In this document: positions 24,746 through 37,700 of the stretch, piece after piece
Layout of the letters: every line of letters begins with the position of its first letter
Position numbering within the stretch: the first letter of the stretch is position 1
Assembly: GCF_002113885.1 (NCBI RefSeq)
Contig: NW_018480077.1
Coordinates: forward strand, 1,277,930 to 1,341,929
DNA: 64,000 nt
Source of the DNA: Mizuhopecten yessoensis
Lineage: Eukaryota
Direction: 5' to 3'
Notes under the pieces: model-generated
Databases searched by the model: none
Seen by the model: the letters and a program-made list of their open reading frames with translations, nothing else
Told to the model about the DNA's origin: nothing
Position numbers and translations under genes: made by a program

Positions 24746-27700
24746 CTCTTTGAATTTACGATATATTCAACAACATGGTCAAATAATGTTTTATTCTCAA
24801 TTTCGTTTAGAGTTTCTAATCCACATAAAATTATTTTGACAAGAACATTTGGCATGAGCTCTACAATAAGGTTCGAATTGATATTTGGAGCGAATATATG
24901 ACAAACAGCACGGAGCATATTGGAACGAATTCGGTTATATTTTGGACAAAGTAAAAAGAAATGAATTTCATCTTCGGAGGAGTTCGCGCAGAAGTCACAG
25001 AATTTGTTATTAGTTAAATTGTAAGAGTATCTATGTTTGTTTAAAGCACTTAGTCCCATTCTTATTCTCGAGTGATTGATTTTTCCTTTCCCATGTCCAT
25101 ATGCTTATAAAGAGTTTGTTTGTGGAGTGGATAGATTTGACAGTGCTAGAGAGAAAGACGTTAGTGAAGAGCTATTTCTCAATGCTTCAGGTAGGTTGTT
25201 CCAGTCTCGTATTGATTTTGGAAAGAAGGATTGGTGATAGAAAGATTTTCTTGACCGGATAGAAAGAATAGTATTAGAATTTCTTAAGTTGCAGTTTTGT
25301 GTTCGATGACTCTGAATTGGACAAATAGTTTTCAAGTATGGCGGACATAGATCATGCTTAATTTTAAATAACATTTAAAGTCTGCAATTTTTTCGTCTCT
25401 CACTTAGTTTTTCCCATCCCAATTCACCCAGCAGTTTAGTATATTTGGTAACCTTATAACCGCCTGTGCATATTAATGCCGCCCTACGCTGAACACTTTC
25501 AATAAGGTCAGACTCTTGCTGACTGCAGTTATCAAATAAAATATTGCCATATTCCATAACCGATCTTACCATAGTTTTATATAGTGTTTCAAGACAAGAA
25601 CGTGGGATAATATAAGCTAATGCTTGTAAGATATTTAGTATTCTGTTTGCTTTGGCTACAATTTCTGAAATATGAGAATGCCAGCTGAGGTTACCCGATA
25701 GAATTATGCCCAGATGTTTATGGTTAATTACATGTTTAATCGGAATGTTGTTAAGCAGGAGGTTCGGTTTATTAACAAATCTTTTTTTAGAGAAAATAAC
25801 AAATTCAGTTTTTAGTGCGTTAAATGTGACAAGCCATCGCTTTGCCCACTGAGACAGAGTAGTTAAGTCGTCGTTTAGTGTATTTACCGATTCGTTGCTA
25901 TTTATGGTTGATGAGAGAGATGTGTCGTCAGCGAATAAGTTAATGTCAGATGAGATGCCTACATTTATATTGTTTACATATACTAAAAATAAGAGCGGTC
26001 CAAGGATCGTGCCCTGGGGGACACCAGAGTTAATATATTTATGACCAGAAGATTGACCGTTTAAAATTGCATACTGTTTTCTATTATAAAGATAACTTTT
26101 AAGCCAACAAAGCAAACTACCTCTAATACCTATGTTTTCTAATTTGTGAAGTAGACCTTCGTGGCACACCTTGTCAAAAGCTTTTGAGACATCTAAAAAT
26201 ACTGTACAAACATCCCCACCATTATCTATATATTTATAAATGCTGTGGATTATTTTTAACAGCTGATTAATGGTAGAATCATTTCTTTTAAATCCAGAGT
26301 TTTCTTTGATAAGAATGTTATTTGCCAAAAAGAATTCATAAATACGTTTGTATACTATTTTTTCAAGACATTTAGATATATTTGAAAGAAGTGATATTGG
26401 CCGATAATTTTGAACATCATTTTTGCTGTCTTTTTTATGAATAGGACAAACTGATAGATGATACAGATTACATACAGATTAACACTTATTGCTAACTGTG
26501 TAAAGAATCACAACTCAAAACATTTCCACATGCAAAAATGTCCAACTTTTACAGTATATGTACCAGTTTATGTTCACAAAACAAAGGACTAGAGGCGTTA
26601 AGGGTAATTTCCGGCCTCATAGGGGATTAACAATTAGTTGGTATTTTCGTTATCTGGAATAAATGGAGTACGCAAATTTCATTATGAATTTTCAAATTCA
26701 TTTGACACCTGGTTTAGGAGATATGGCATTACAAAGAGAGACATAAACCCGCATTTTCATAATAAAATGTGTAAATATCGTCTGTTGTGCTCTATAAGGT
26801 TGAACATTTGCCATTTTGAAGGAAATTAACTAAACATTTTTTCAAAGCCTGCGCATGCAACAAACAAATAAATATTTGACATGCTTAAACATTGTCAAAC
26901 CGGTGTTCACTCTTCTTTAGTAGAGGAAGTTTTGTTTATCATATGCAGAAGCTTCCATTTCTGCATACAAACTGTCCAAAAACACCATATTTTGGCTCTT
27001 TCTGCCTAGCAACCCAATCTTGTTGCTATGGTAGGGCATCTATGCATGTGAGTTGGAAAAAATCTGCACCAAGAAAGATAGCCCCAATTAACCCATAACG
27101 CCCCAAGTCCTTTTGCATACATTGTACATGAGTATCTGGAACAAATTGAAACTCCATGTAATTATGATATCTGAATCTGATCATTTTCTTACCTCCATTT
27201 GAAGAGCTTGTGCCAGTCCTGTAAGGGCAAACTTAGCAGGAGAGTAGCCAGTGTACCCGAACATCCCGATCTGTCCTGCCTGAGAGGAGAGAAAGACGAT
27301 ACGACCACACCCAAGGGTCTTCATGGAGGGCATGACTGCTTTGGTGGCATAGACAGTCCCCAAATAGTTCACATCCATCTGCCTCTGAATACGAAAAGAG
27401 ACAGTAGTATTTAACATACAATTATTGTATAAGATACATTTTCGTGGGTATTTCTTTCGTGGTTTAAAGCCCATTAAGATTGTTTCATGGTACATGTACA
27501 AAATTTCTTGGATACTTCATATAAACAAACAGAAGTGATATTAATCAAACTTATTGTATTTATTTTTGTAGTTCTATGTTTATACACAGCAAATATTTCA
27601 TATTATACAGTAACTGTTTAATTCTAACATAGAAAGTTATTTTTAGACTAGAGGGTTGGGGTATAGAAATAAAGTTTTGAACTGTACAACAACAAAAAAG

Positions 27701-30700
27701 AGTGGTTTAACATTTTGTATCCCAAGCCCCCACCTGTTGATTTTCAAACTGTAGTTATCTCTTGGTGATTTTATATAAAATAAAATCCCCCATTGGCTAT
27801 GAGCAGTGAACACTAGTATCTTCAAAATAAAACGGACTATTATATCGCTTTCAATCAGGTAAATAAGGAATATGTGACACACTTTAATCTGCAAGAACTT
27901 AATCTAACAGGATACTTACATGATAAAAACTTACCTTAAAATCATCTGGTTTCAAATCATCAAAAGTTCTGCTGATGGAAAACCCAGCACAATTGACCAA
28001 CATGTGGACAGGTCCATTTAGACTTTCAGCCTATACACACAAAAGGAAACACTATGCCATTCATGTTTAATTACTCCTTGAGCTAATTAAAGAACAGAAT
28101 ATATTATACCTCTATGTAATATAACAGTGTATCTGGTACATTGTAACAGTGTATCTGGTTAGAATTCTGATTGTTGATCACATAACTTTATATTAAAACA
28201 TTGTTTCCCTCCTTTGCTCCAGCTCCCTGAACATATTAATTTCCCTCCTTATAGGCCTCTCTTAAGACAAATGAGTTTAATTTATCATCCCTGAGTTCCA
28301 TCTGACTGAAGAAGACAACAATAGCCTGTGGGTAAGTGTGACCTTTACCGTTGTGTTATTATTCTATGATGAAAACAGGCATACTGATACGTGGTTAATG
28401 AAATGGAAACAAATATTGTACATGTATGCAATTTACCTCATGAACGCCTTTTTCCACAAGTTGAGCATCTTTTGCCACATCAGCTACAACACAGACAACA
28501 GCCTGGAGAAGAAATCATTAGAGTTTGATACAAGAATACGGGTTCAACATGTACATTACGGCATTAGGCAAAAAACAAACAAAAAACAAAAAGAGGTCCA
28601 ATGGGCCTGTATTGCTCACATGTCACTCATTTCATATTTGTAGCCTTCAAAAATAGTTAAGGTCAAATTTTATTAAACAGCATAATACAAATTGTATACG
28701 CATGACAGGTCTTAGATAGGAGATTTTATTACTTGACACATTATTGTTCTTCGTAAAGAAAATTTTATATAGATTTTAATATTTTACTGAAGTTGGTTGG
28801 TCCAGGTCATTAATCCCACACTTCATATCACTTAACATCATTAATCTACACCATTACATCATTAAGCTACATCATTAAGCTACATCATTACATCATTAAG
28901 CTACACCATTACATCATTAAGCTACACCATTACATCAAGCTACACCATTACATCATTAAGCTACATCATTACATCATTAAGCTACACCATTACATCATTA
29001 AGCTATCATGGCCTTAGTTCACTTGGTTCTTAAGAAGGAGTTATTGAAGTTTTTTACATAATTGACTCCTGTTCAGACCTTGGAAGTGGGTAAATGTCAT
29101 TCATTTGCACATATTTAATAGCCCTTTATCCCAACATGCCAAATAATAGCATTACCGGCCTAAGACCCTTAATTATTCAGAGGAAATCAGTTAAAGTGAA
29201 AAGTTGATGCTGAACAGAGAGACAGACACCACACCACAGTTTAAGCTCACCTATGTCTGTTCAGAGTTATCCTACCAAACCTTTTAAATGCATATCCTAC
29301 AGATTGTATGCCCATTTTAGACAAGCACTCATAAATTTAGGATTTGTGTCCCATAAAGCCAACGTAAAACTTCTTTCGAAAAAAAAAAACCCCAAAAAAA
29401 CAGGGAAAGTGTTTTCAGAGTTGGGTAAAAATCCAATTTGAGTGTGAAATTCATGGTATGTGTTGAAAGTTTTATGAAAATCAAAGCATTAATTCTATAA
29501 GAGTGATTCCATGGAAAGCATTTGTGTAGATGTCACTGCCAGAGTGACCCCTAAATGTCACCTTTATAGTTGTCATTTGCTCAGCTGGCAAAACAGCAAA
29601 TTTTGTTATGGCTTATAGAATTTGACAGTTTTGGGGAATAAGAATTAATAAAAAATACAGTAATTTTTGTTACCTCCAAATGTTGGGGTTTATTCATCCA
29701 GGTATAAAATTAAGACATTCAATATTTATCAAAATAATCATAATCAAATTCTTTCAATTAAGAGGGATAAATACCTACAGTTCTTTTCTGAGTAAAAAGT
29801 TGTTCAATGCAAAACAGCCAAATATTCCGTCTGAACCAGTAAAGATGCAACAATTTTACATTTTATTATAGAAAATTTGTGCAGACTCAAGATAATCCAG
29901 CCACCTTAATTACCAACAAAAGAGGCTAGATTGTAATACAGCTGGATAACTGGGACTTTTTTTCACATGAAAAGTCTAGTCTGTATCTTAAAACTGAGAC
30001 TACATGTACAGCAGAAAAATCAGGATTCATATTAGTGGTTTGTGGTTTAAATTATAAGCCTTAACTTTAAATAAAAATTGTTTACGCATCAACCAAACAA
30101 ACACTACAATTTTACGTTTTTCTATTCTGATTCAATACCATTCTTCTTATTTTCACAAGAGTGTCGAAATTTAGGGGAAAAAACCCATTGATTATCATGA
30201 GTATTTCTCTATATCTGTCATAAGAGTTTATGAATGAACATTTGCATGTATTGGCACTTACTTCAGTACAACCTGCTCTTCTGCATTTTTCAATCTCTTC
30301 CTTGGCTTCAGCCAGTCTTTGCTAATCAGAAAAAAATATGTATCAAATAAGATTTTAGACATTACTTTCTTATTGGAATATGGACTTATTATTGGACCAG
30401 TGTTCATGGGTGACTTTAACGAATTACTGCATATCAGACTTAATGTGTTTTTAAATAATCTGATCTGATATTTTACCTGATTGCGTGCCATGATGGTCAC
30501 TTTAGCACCTCGACTGATTACCAGCTTAGCTATTTCCTTCCCAATACCACTAGAACCACCAGTTATCTAGGAAAGAAAAACAAAATTAGAGTCACTGATT
30601 ATTATATAAGGATGATGCTTGTCATGTTCAACTCTCAGTGAGATAAAGGGGAATGCAGATCTATTCACCAAATGGAAACATAAAGGAGTATCTTACAGTA

Positions 30701-31330
30701 TATGGGTCGTTATAGTGCTGGATACTCAAAAGCCTACTTTAAAAAAAGAGTTTTAGTTTAACTTTAATCATTATTTCGTCGATAAATGTAAATATGCGTC
30801 TTCAAGTGACAACAATTAAGTGTTGCCAAACCGAGTCTTTAAAAAAAAAACTGAATATAGTAAGCGACATCAGAAGATAAAATTATGTTGTTAATATCGC
30901 TCTAATACACCTTGATAAGTTGATATTTGAAAAATTGACCGAGTTATGATGAATTGAATCTTTGCAATTGGCAGTGACACATGCAATGTGTTGTGTTTAT
31001 TGCCAGTACACAGGGACCAGTGGATTTGTTACTAAGGTGTTCATAGTAGTTTTACATGTTTTTAGTGTTTTACATCAACTTCATATAAAACTACTCTAAA
31101 GACCTTAGTTTAGGTCCAAATATAGCTGTAACAAATTCTCAGGTCCCTGTGAACCAGTAGTGGCAGCACAGTTGCCATGCCTTTTTTTCTTGACAGTCAT
31201 CCCTTAAAGGTATACTCACAAGAACGTGTGCGCCGTCCAACTTCATTTTCTTTGGAACTCTAATGTTCCAAATGAAAGTCAGAATAAGAACTGACACGAT
31301 AAAGAGAAAAGTAATAGTACAATATTCCAT
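21812..31330 (-). CDS. KDSR: 3-ketodihydrosphingosine reductase (FVT1), 332 aa
   Basis: complement(join(21812..21925,22640..22741,23155..23238,23575..23658,27193..27384,27935..28030,28437..28502,30262..30321,30477..30566,31220..31330)); all introns GT-AG, phase 0. N-terminal TM segment, [21 protein letters not shown], catalytic [14 protein letters not shown]-terminal KKTS ER-retrieval motif. Confidence 0.95.
24560..26455 (-). mobile_element. 5'-truncated CR1/L2-clade LINE (reverse transcriptase and 3' end) in KDSR intron 6
   Basis: RT motifs [41 protein letters not shown]; continuation ORFs 25105-25374 and 24646-25059 with [11 protein letters not shown]; A-rich tail near 24560. Confidence 0.92.
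24699..24742. repeat. (GA)n microsatellite within the LINE 3' region
   Basis: Seen directly in the sequence. Confidence 0.95.
26583..27113. mobile_element. Non-autonomous DNA transposon
   Basis: Imperfect ~27-bp TIRs AAAGGACTAGAGGCGTTAAGGGTAATT / AATTAACCCATAACGCCCCAAGTCCTTT. Confidence 0.6.
28588..29255 (+). mobile_element. HINE/Helentron-like non-autonomous element with internal short tandem repeats
   Basis: 5' AAAAGAGGTCCAATGGGCC...GCTCACATG resembles the start of the 52259 element. (CCATTACATCATTAAGCTACA)n array at ~28836-29008; AAGCTCACCT near the 3' end. Confidence 0.5.
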
Positions 31331-31787
31331 CTTGAAAACCGAACACCGGATGTTTGAAATGTAACAATAAAAATTAAAGCAACGTCCGGGAGCCGGATTA
31401 ACAAAATTAATTTAATTTAAAGAAATAGATAAATGATAATCTATATAAGCTACTCTATATATACTAAATTATCATATAGATAACCAAACTATTTTCTCTT
31501 GTTAAATAGCACAGTAAAATATAGAAACGCCCAGACGCTATTATGAGCCTGTGAAAAGTTTGCCATCGAATGCACCTCGATTTAATTCTTGGTCATCTAA
31601 ATGTTTACTTCTTTGCGCACAGTTACAAAACATTTCCTTAACATCGACCGTTCTATTTACGGTTTCGGGGTTTCGAAACAGGAAGACGATGCACTCAAGT
31701 AACAAGGGAAAACCTAAACAGAATCCAGAACGAGGAAGAAAATGTTAATCTTATGAAATCTAAACAATAACAGACAATGTGAGGCAA
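31331..31787. promoter_or_regulatory. Putative bidirectional promoter between KDSR and the TRAF7-like gene
   Basis: Divergent start codons only 457 bp apart. Confidence 0.65.
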
Positions 31788-34700
31788 ATGGCATTTCTTT
31801 CAGAGACGTACAAAGTTGTGAACGATGAAAGCCCAATCATAAAAAGTCAACTTCAACGGCTGCCTCGGGATATCGAAAAAGAAGATGAACATTCCGTACC
31901 TTTAGTACTTGTTGAAGAACCGTCTCCACATCTGAAATGTACCGTGTGTAAACGGTTGTACCATGATCCTGTAATAAGTGTTAAATGTGGTCACACGTTT
32001 TGCAGAAAGTGTGCCTTCAGAGTTACCCACTGTCCAATAGATGGCCAACTGTGTGATACATCACAGCTTGTTGTGAACAGGTAGGCTTATTATGGATATG
32101 CATCGGTAGCTTTTAGGCTATCAGGTCACCTATCAAAATTGTATGTCGGACAACTAGCTAAGGCGTTGTCGCAAGTAGTAGGGGAATAATCTGTTACACA
32201 TGCATGTGTTTTAAAATACTGTTCAAGAATTGATGTACATTATGTAGTTTGTAGAGAGATATTATCAGGTCCAGTACACTCTGCAATTGAGCTATATATA
32301 GCTGTAAAGACAGTATCGGGTTGTTTCGCCCCAAATCCCATTCGCCCTAAGTTGTTTCGCCCTAAAACAATATATTTTTTCTTTAAGTCATAAATATCAT
32401 GTTATATATCATAAAAACATGCATACACATGCACGTTCATACACACTAACATCAGCAAGTATGCATGCACTTACATACATACACATGCATGTAAATACAA
32501 ACATACATGCCCATTTTTGCATAAGCACCAAAAATACAGATAATGTTCATACACTCTGCTAACCCATGTTGTGTTTGTTTTTGGAGAGAAAAACATCTAT
32601 CAACAAAAAGGCAAATTGTAGTATACAAAAAATTCTCAAAATAAATCCATCCATCCATCTTTGATCAAACGTTTCATTGTATAATTTTTTTACTGATAAA
32701 GCTTTCTCAATATCATATCTGAATGCAAGAAACTCATTCAAACCATTTAAACTTAACTTCTGGAAACAGCATATATATATATTATAATATTTTGTATACA
32801 AAATAATATAGTAAATGGGCATAGGAACATTTTCAGTAATTCCAAAAAGTATTGTTTCCAACTTAAAATCTATGATTTTCCTTATTCTGCTATATAATCT
32901 CTCTTTTAAATCTTGCCATAGCTTTAAGGACTGTGGACATTTCCAGAATAGATGTTCTGTAGTTTCTATTTGTATTTTACACATATTACAGATATTGTCA
33001 TTTGACATCCCAATAGTATTTACATAGTTTTTAATTGGGAGGATACAATTTTGTAATCTGTATTGAAACCATTGCAGTGTTGTGTCTTTTGTAACTTTAA
33101 AGACAATACTATATGAACTTTTCCAATCTATATTTTTAAAAATTTCTTTCAATACCCATTTTCTTTCAGCTGTATTTACTAATTTAATTTTACTATTTAA
33201 TATGTCATACATGTCTTTACAACCCTTTTTTTTTCTTTATGATAATATGAATATGACTTGGTACGAAGGGCCTCTCCAAAGTTGTTTCTGCAGTTAAGTT
33301 ATAATTTAATTGTTTACAACTTTGCCTAATAGACTGGCATATACTATGATAAATCAAGAAGTTTATATTGTATTTCAGTTTAAAATTTACAAAAGTTAAA
33401 AATGTTATTTTACTCTAATAGATCACAAACATTTTTGACACCCTGATCAAACCATTTTCGGACAAAAAAATACTTTTTGCCAATACCAAAGGAGGTATAG
33501 TTGATTTGAAAGAATAGTCTGTTGAATGTTTACATGTCATATTATTATTTTTTCATATTATTCCCTACAAGTGATTGTCCAGGAGTGCATCACGTATCCA
33601 CCGTTAAAAATCGATATCGACTTGGAGCACATGATTTTTGTTGAAGGACTGTGTGTTTCTAAAATTAGAATTATGACCATCTCCAAACAATTCACCGTCC
33701 CGCTTCCGAAGCTTTTTTGTTGTGTTTTTTTTTATATTGCTTACATTACTGTTTTGTAAAATAATAAAACAATTGTAGCCTTTAACTTCGGTCAATACCT
33801 GGATTTATCTACCCGAGAAAAGATATATCAACCTCGGACTGCGTCCTCTGTCAATATATCTCGGGTCGATAAATCCAGGTATCAAACTCAGTCAAAGGCT
33901 ATAATTGAATAATGTTGACCTAATCATTTGCTGAAAAAATAGCCAGTTCAGAGTTGATGATTAGCAGCTTTTAATGAGAACACTGTCTGGATACATAGAT
34001 TTTGCCAACATTTTCAGAATACAAGGTATGTAATTATAAGTACACATGTGTAGCCTTAATTCCTTTACAGGGTTCTCCCCAGAATTTTTTTAAGCTGATA
34101 TGTTTCATCTGCAACGAAAATTCAAGATGGACACGCTAATATAATACCTTATTATACCTTATCAAACCTAAGGGGGGGGGGTAATATTATGTTTAAAAGG
34201 TTACTTTTATTAACCAAACTTCTTTTGGTGAACATTAAAACCAAGGAAATAAATAAGTGTTTTTTATGTCTGAATTTCCAGCAATATTATNNNNNNNNNN
34301 NNNNNNNNNNNNNNNNNNNNNNNNNNNNNNNNNNNNNNNNNNNNNNNNNNNNNNNNNNNNNNNNNNNNNNNNNNNNNNNNNNNNNNNNNNNNNNNNNNNN
34401 NNNNNNNNNNNNNNNNNNNNNNNNNNNNNNNNNNNNNNNNNNNNNNNNNNNNNNNNNNNNNNNNNNNNNNNNNNNNNNNNNNNNNNNNNNNNNNNNNNNN
34501 NNNNNNNNNNNNNNNNNNNNNNNNNNNNNNNNNNNNNNNNNNNNNNNNNNNNNNNNNNNNNNNNNNNNNNNNNNNNNNNNNNNNNNNNNNNNNNNNNNNN
34601 NNNNNNNNNNNNNNNNNNNNNNNNNNNNNNNNNNNNNNNNNNNNNNNNNNNNNNNNNNNNNNNNNNNNNNNCCCTTTCCGGTTTGTACTTTACACAATCC

Positions 34701-37700
34701 AAGATGGCGACCATCACTAACTCAATACACACGCTATTTCAGCGTTGTCAAATGCAATCATATGTGAGTAAATTAATTTATAATAGATGTAATAAGTGTT
34801 TGTTTTGTTAATCCAACAGTAGGTACCTCAATTAATCACCTGTTGACCATGCTAAAAGGATCCGGTGGTAATTGCTTTAGGCTCCAGTGAGCACGCTTGC
34901 CGGACACCTGTGGGCTTGTCGTCCGGTCCCCCTCCCCACTAATTACAGCCCCCCTGTGGCAATACGCCTATCGTGCAAATGATCATGACCAGTGGGGTCA
35001 TTGCTGGACTTGGGTCAGCCGTGTGATTTAATCAGTGTCAATTTCTTGCGTAAAAAGATCACCTTCAGTACAAATAACAAGGTGATACGGTTCACAGTCT
35101 AAGGTGATACGGGTCAATTAAACTGATACGGCAGGGAGGATTTCAAACTGAAGCTGATACGGAGCCGTATCAGCTAAATGGCCTGGGGAGAACCCTGCTT
35201 TAGGAACTCTATCTAAATCAGAGATTTATAGTCTATCGTTATAAATCTCTGATTCAGATCGAGTTCCTACAGGAATTAGTATAGCCTTTGGTTGTTAATG
35301 ATCTGAAACTTGTGTTTGTTCCAGAATTGTTGTTGGACAGATTGAAGACTTGCTAATCCACTGTCAGTATGGGCTGACTGAGACTGATGGTGACCATTCT
35401 CCAGACCCCAGTGGCTGTCAGGAACACATCGTTCTCGGTCAGTTACCACAGTTATAGATATTCTGCATTAAAGCTAACAGCTCAGGAACAATTTTTACAT
35501 AACCTTTTCCTTTGTGTTTGTAATGTATATGTATGGAGATGTAAAATTCTGTTCAAAGCATGACAAACTTAACAACAGGTTTGATAAAACTTTATGCGTT
35601 TGTATATACAAAATATAATGAAATTCATAACTAACATTACATATATAATTATATAGAAGTACAGTATGAAGATAAAAAATGAAAAAAAATGAATTTTGTA
35701 AATTTCCTGATATTTCCCAAAATTCACATTTTCATCTTTTATTTTAATGACATGTAAACTAATCATGCTTTAAACAATTTAATTGTACCAATAACATAAT
35801 TGTGCCCAGAAATTCATATGCAAGGAGACTTAATAGGTATATATTAAAACTATTTGATCCTTTGTACTTTAAATTCTCCATACTGTTGAATCTACTATAT
35901 TCAATGTAAGTTATATTTTTTTTTTCTGTGTATATAGGAAACCGAGAGGAACATGAGGCTAACTGTGTATATGCCCCTGTCCCGTGTCCAAACAATTCTG
36001 GCCGGTGTGGGAGGTTTAGGAAATCAGAGCTTGACCAACACTTAGAGTTGTGTCAGTTCACACCATGCGGACACTGTGAAAAAGGTAACAGACTAATCCG
36101 ACAGCCTGTCCATATATCTTCATATGTAGTTGACAGTGGAGTACCATAACAAAGTTATTAATTTCTCAGCATCATTTCAACAATGAGGCACTGTTTTCAG
36201 TTATTCCAAAAAATATTGACTAATACATTTTGATGTCAGCCTAGTATATGACCTTGTATTATTCAATAACATGTTTGGTTCTGCAGGATGTGAGTTTATG
36301 AGCACTGCTGAGGAAGTTCGCAGCCATGAGGACACCACCTGTGGATACAGGGGTCTTCAGAAGAGTGTCAGCTTCAAAGATTTCAATCAACAAGTAAATA
36401 GCTCATACTTATCATCATTAAGTGTTTCTTAATTAAGCTGGACAGTTACTGGAAAATTATCTCATAAACCATAATAATGCATATTAGAAGGTTGTCTGAT
36501 AAACTGTAATGAAATCATGCTGGAAGGAATAGATAATGGAAAACGCTTTCTTTGAGGGAAACACACACATAGCAGACCTATGTATTTTATATTTCTGGTA
36601 ATTATAGGTGAAGATTTAATCACAGCTCACATAATGGTTTTAACTGATTACTTAATATCGTTGACATATGTTGTTTATGTGTGACATTTTAATTTTTTTC
36701 ACAGAACCGTGTTTTGGAAGAGAATAACAAAGAGCTGAGGGAGGAAGTAGGTTTGTTGACACAGCGAGTAGAGCTACTGGAGGGAGGGAGAGAGTACTTT
36801 CAAAAGCAACTCACATCCTGCACAAGGTATTAATATGTGTTTTAGCTAATCTGGCCTAAGTTGCCAAGTGAACTTATGCAATGTATAGCATCTGTCTTTC
36901 CAATGTCAATTTTTCCCTTTATGCTTCAACCAATTTTGTTCAAATTGATGACGTTGACCCACTTTATGTTTGCAAGGGTTAAATCCTGTTAAAATCTTTC
37001 GACAATTTCTTTTGAATAGCCAAGAAATCTGTTTTTGTTATGCTATTTTACCAGTAGAGTGCTTGGTTGAAGAACTGTAAATTTTGATCAAATGAATGAC
37101 CTTAACCTAATTTCAGGGTCACAGGAAATGTGTTAAAAACATTTATATGACTTTTTCTGGGTAACCAATGGGCCTAGAATGGTGCAGGGCTGTTTGGCGT
37201 CTTGTTATTTATTAAAATATATTATTTCTGTTGTATGACATGGTTTGAAAATTTGAAAGTCAGTTGGTAGATTGAAAAGATATTACTCTGATGCTCAAAT
37301 AATCTAACAGTTGGAATAATAGGGTAAGGTGTTCTATAGCCTCATCCTATTTTCCTTTAAAATTGAATCTAATACATGGTTACTATGCAATTATAAATGA
37401 AGTGATCCGGAGAATGTGGAGTAAATTACCAATTGAGCAAAACTTGGAAATGAGATAAGACTATGTAATATAGCAAAACTATGATATAATTTATTATACA
37501 GTAGCCTACTGGCCCTACAGCAGAAGTACGAAAATATCCAAGGATTGGTGGAACAGTTACTGAGTGGTGGACGAAATAGGCGATCGTCAGGGTCTCCAGG
37601 CAACTCCCAGGATGTGGTCAGGCACCGCTCAAGTAGCTCAAGTATGTAATCATGTCACACTGAGGTACAGGACGTGGTGATCAGGTTTTATTGTAGGATA

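Noticed and set aside
34189-34811. Long ORFs of 136-192 aa
   Set aside because: Artefacts of translating through the N gap.
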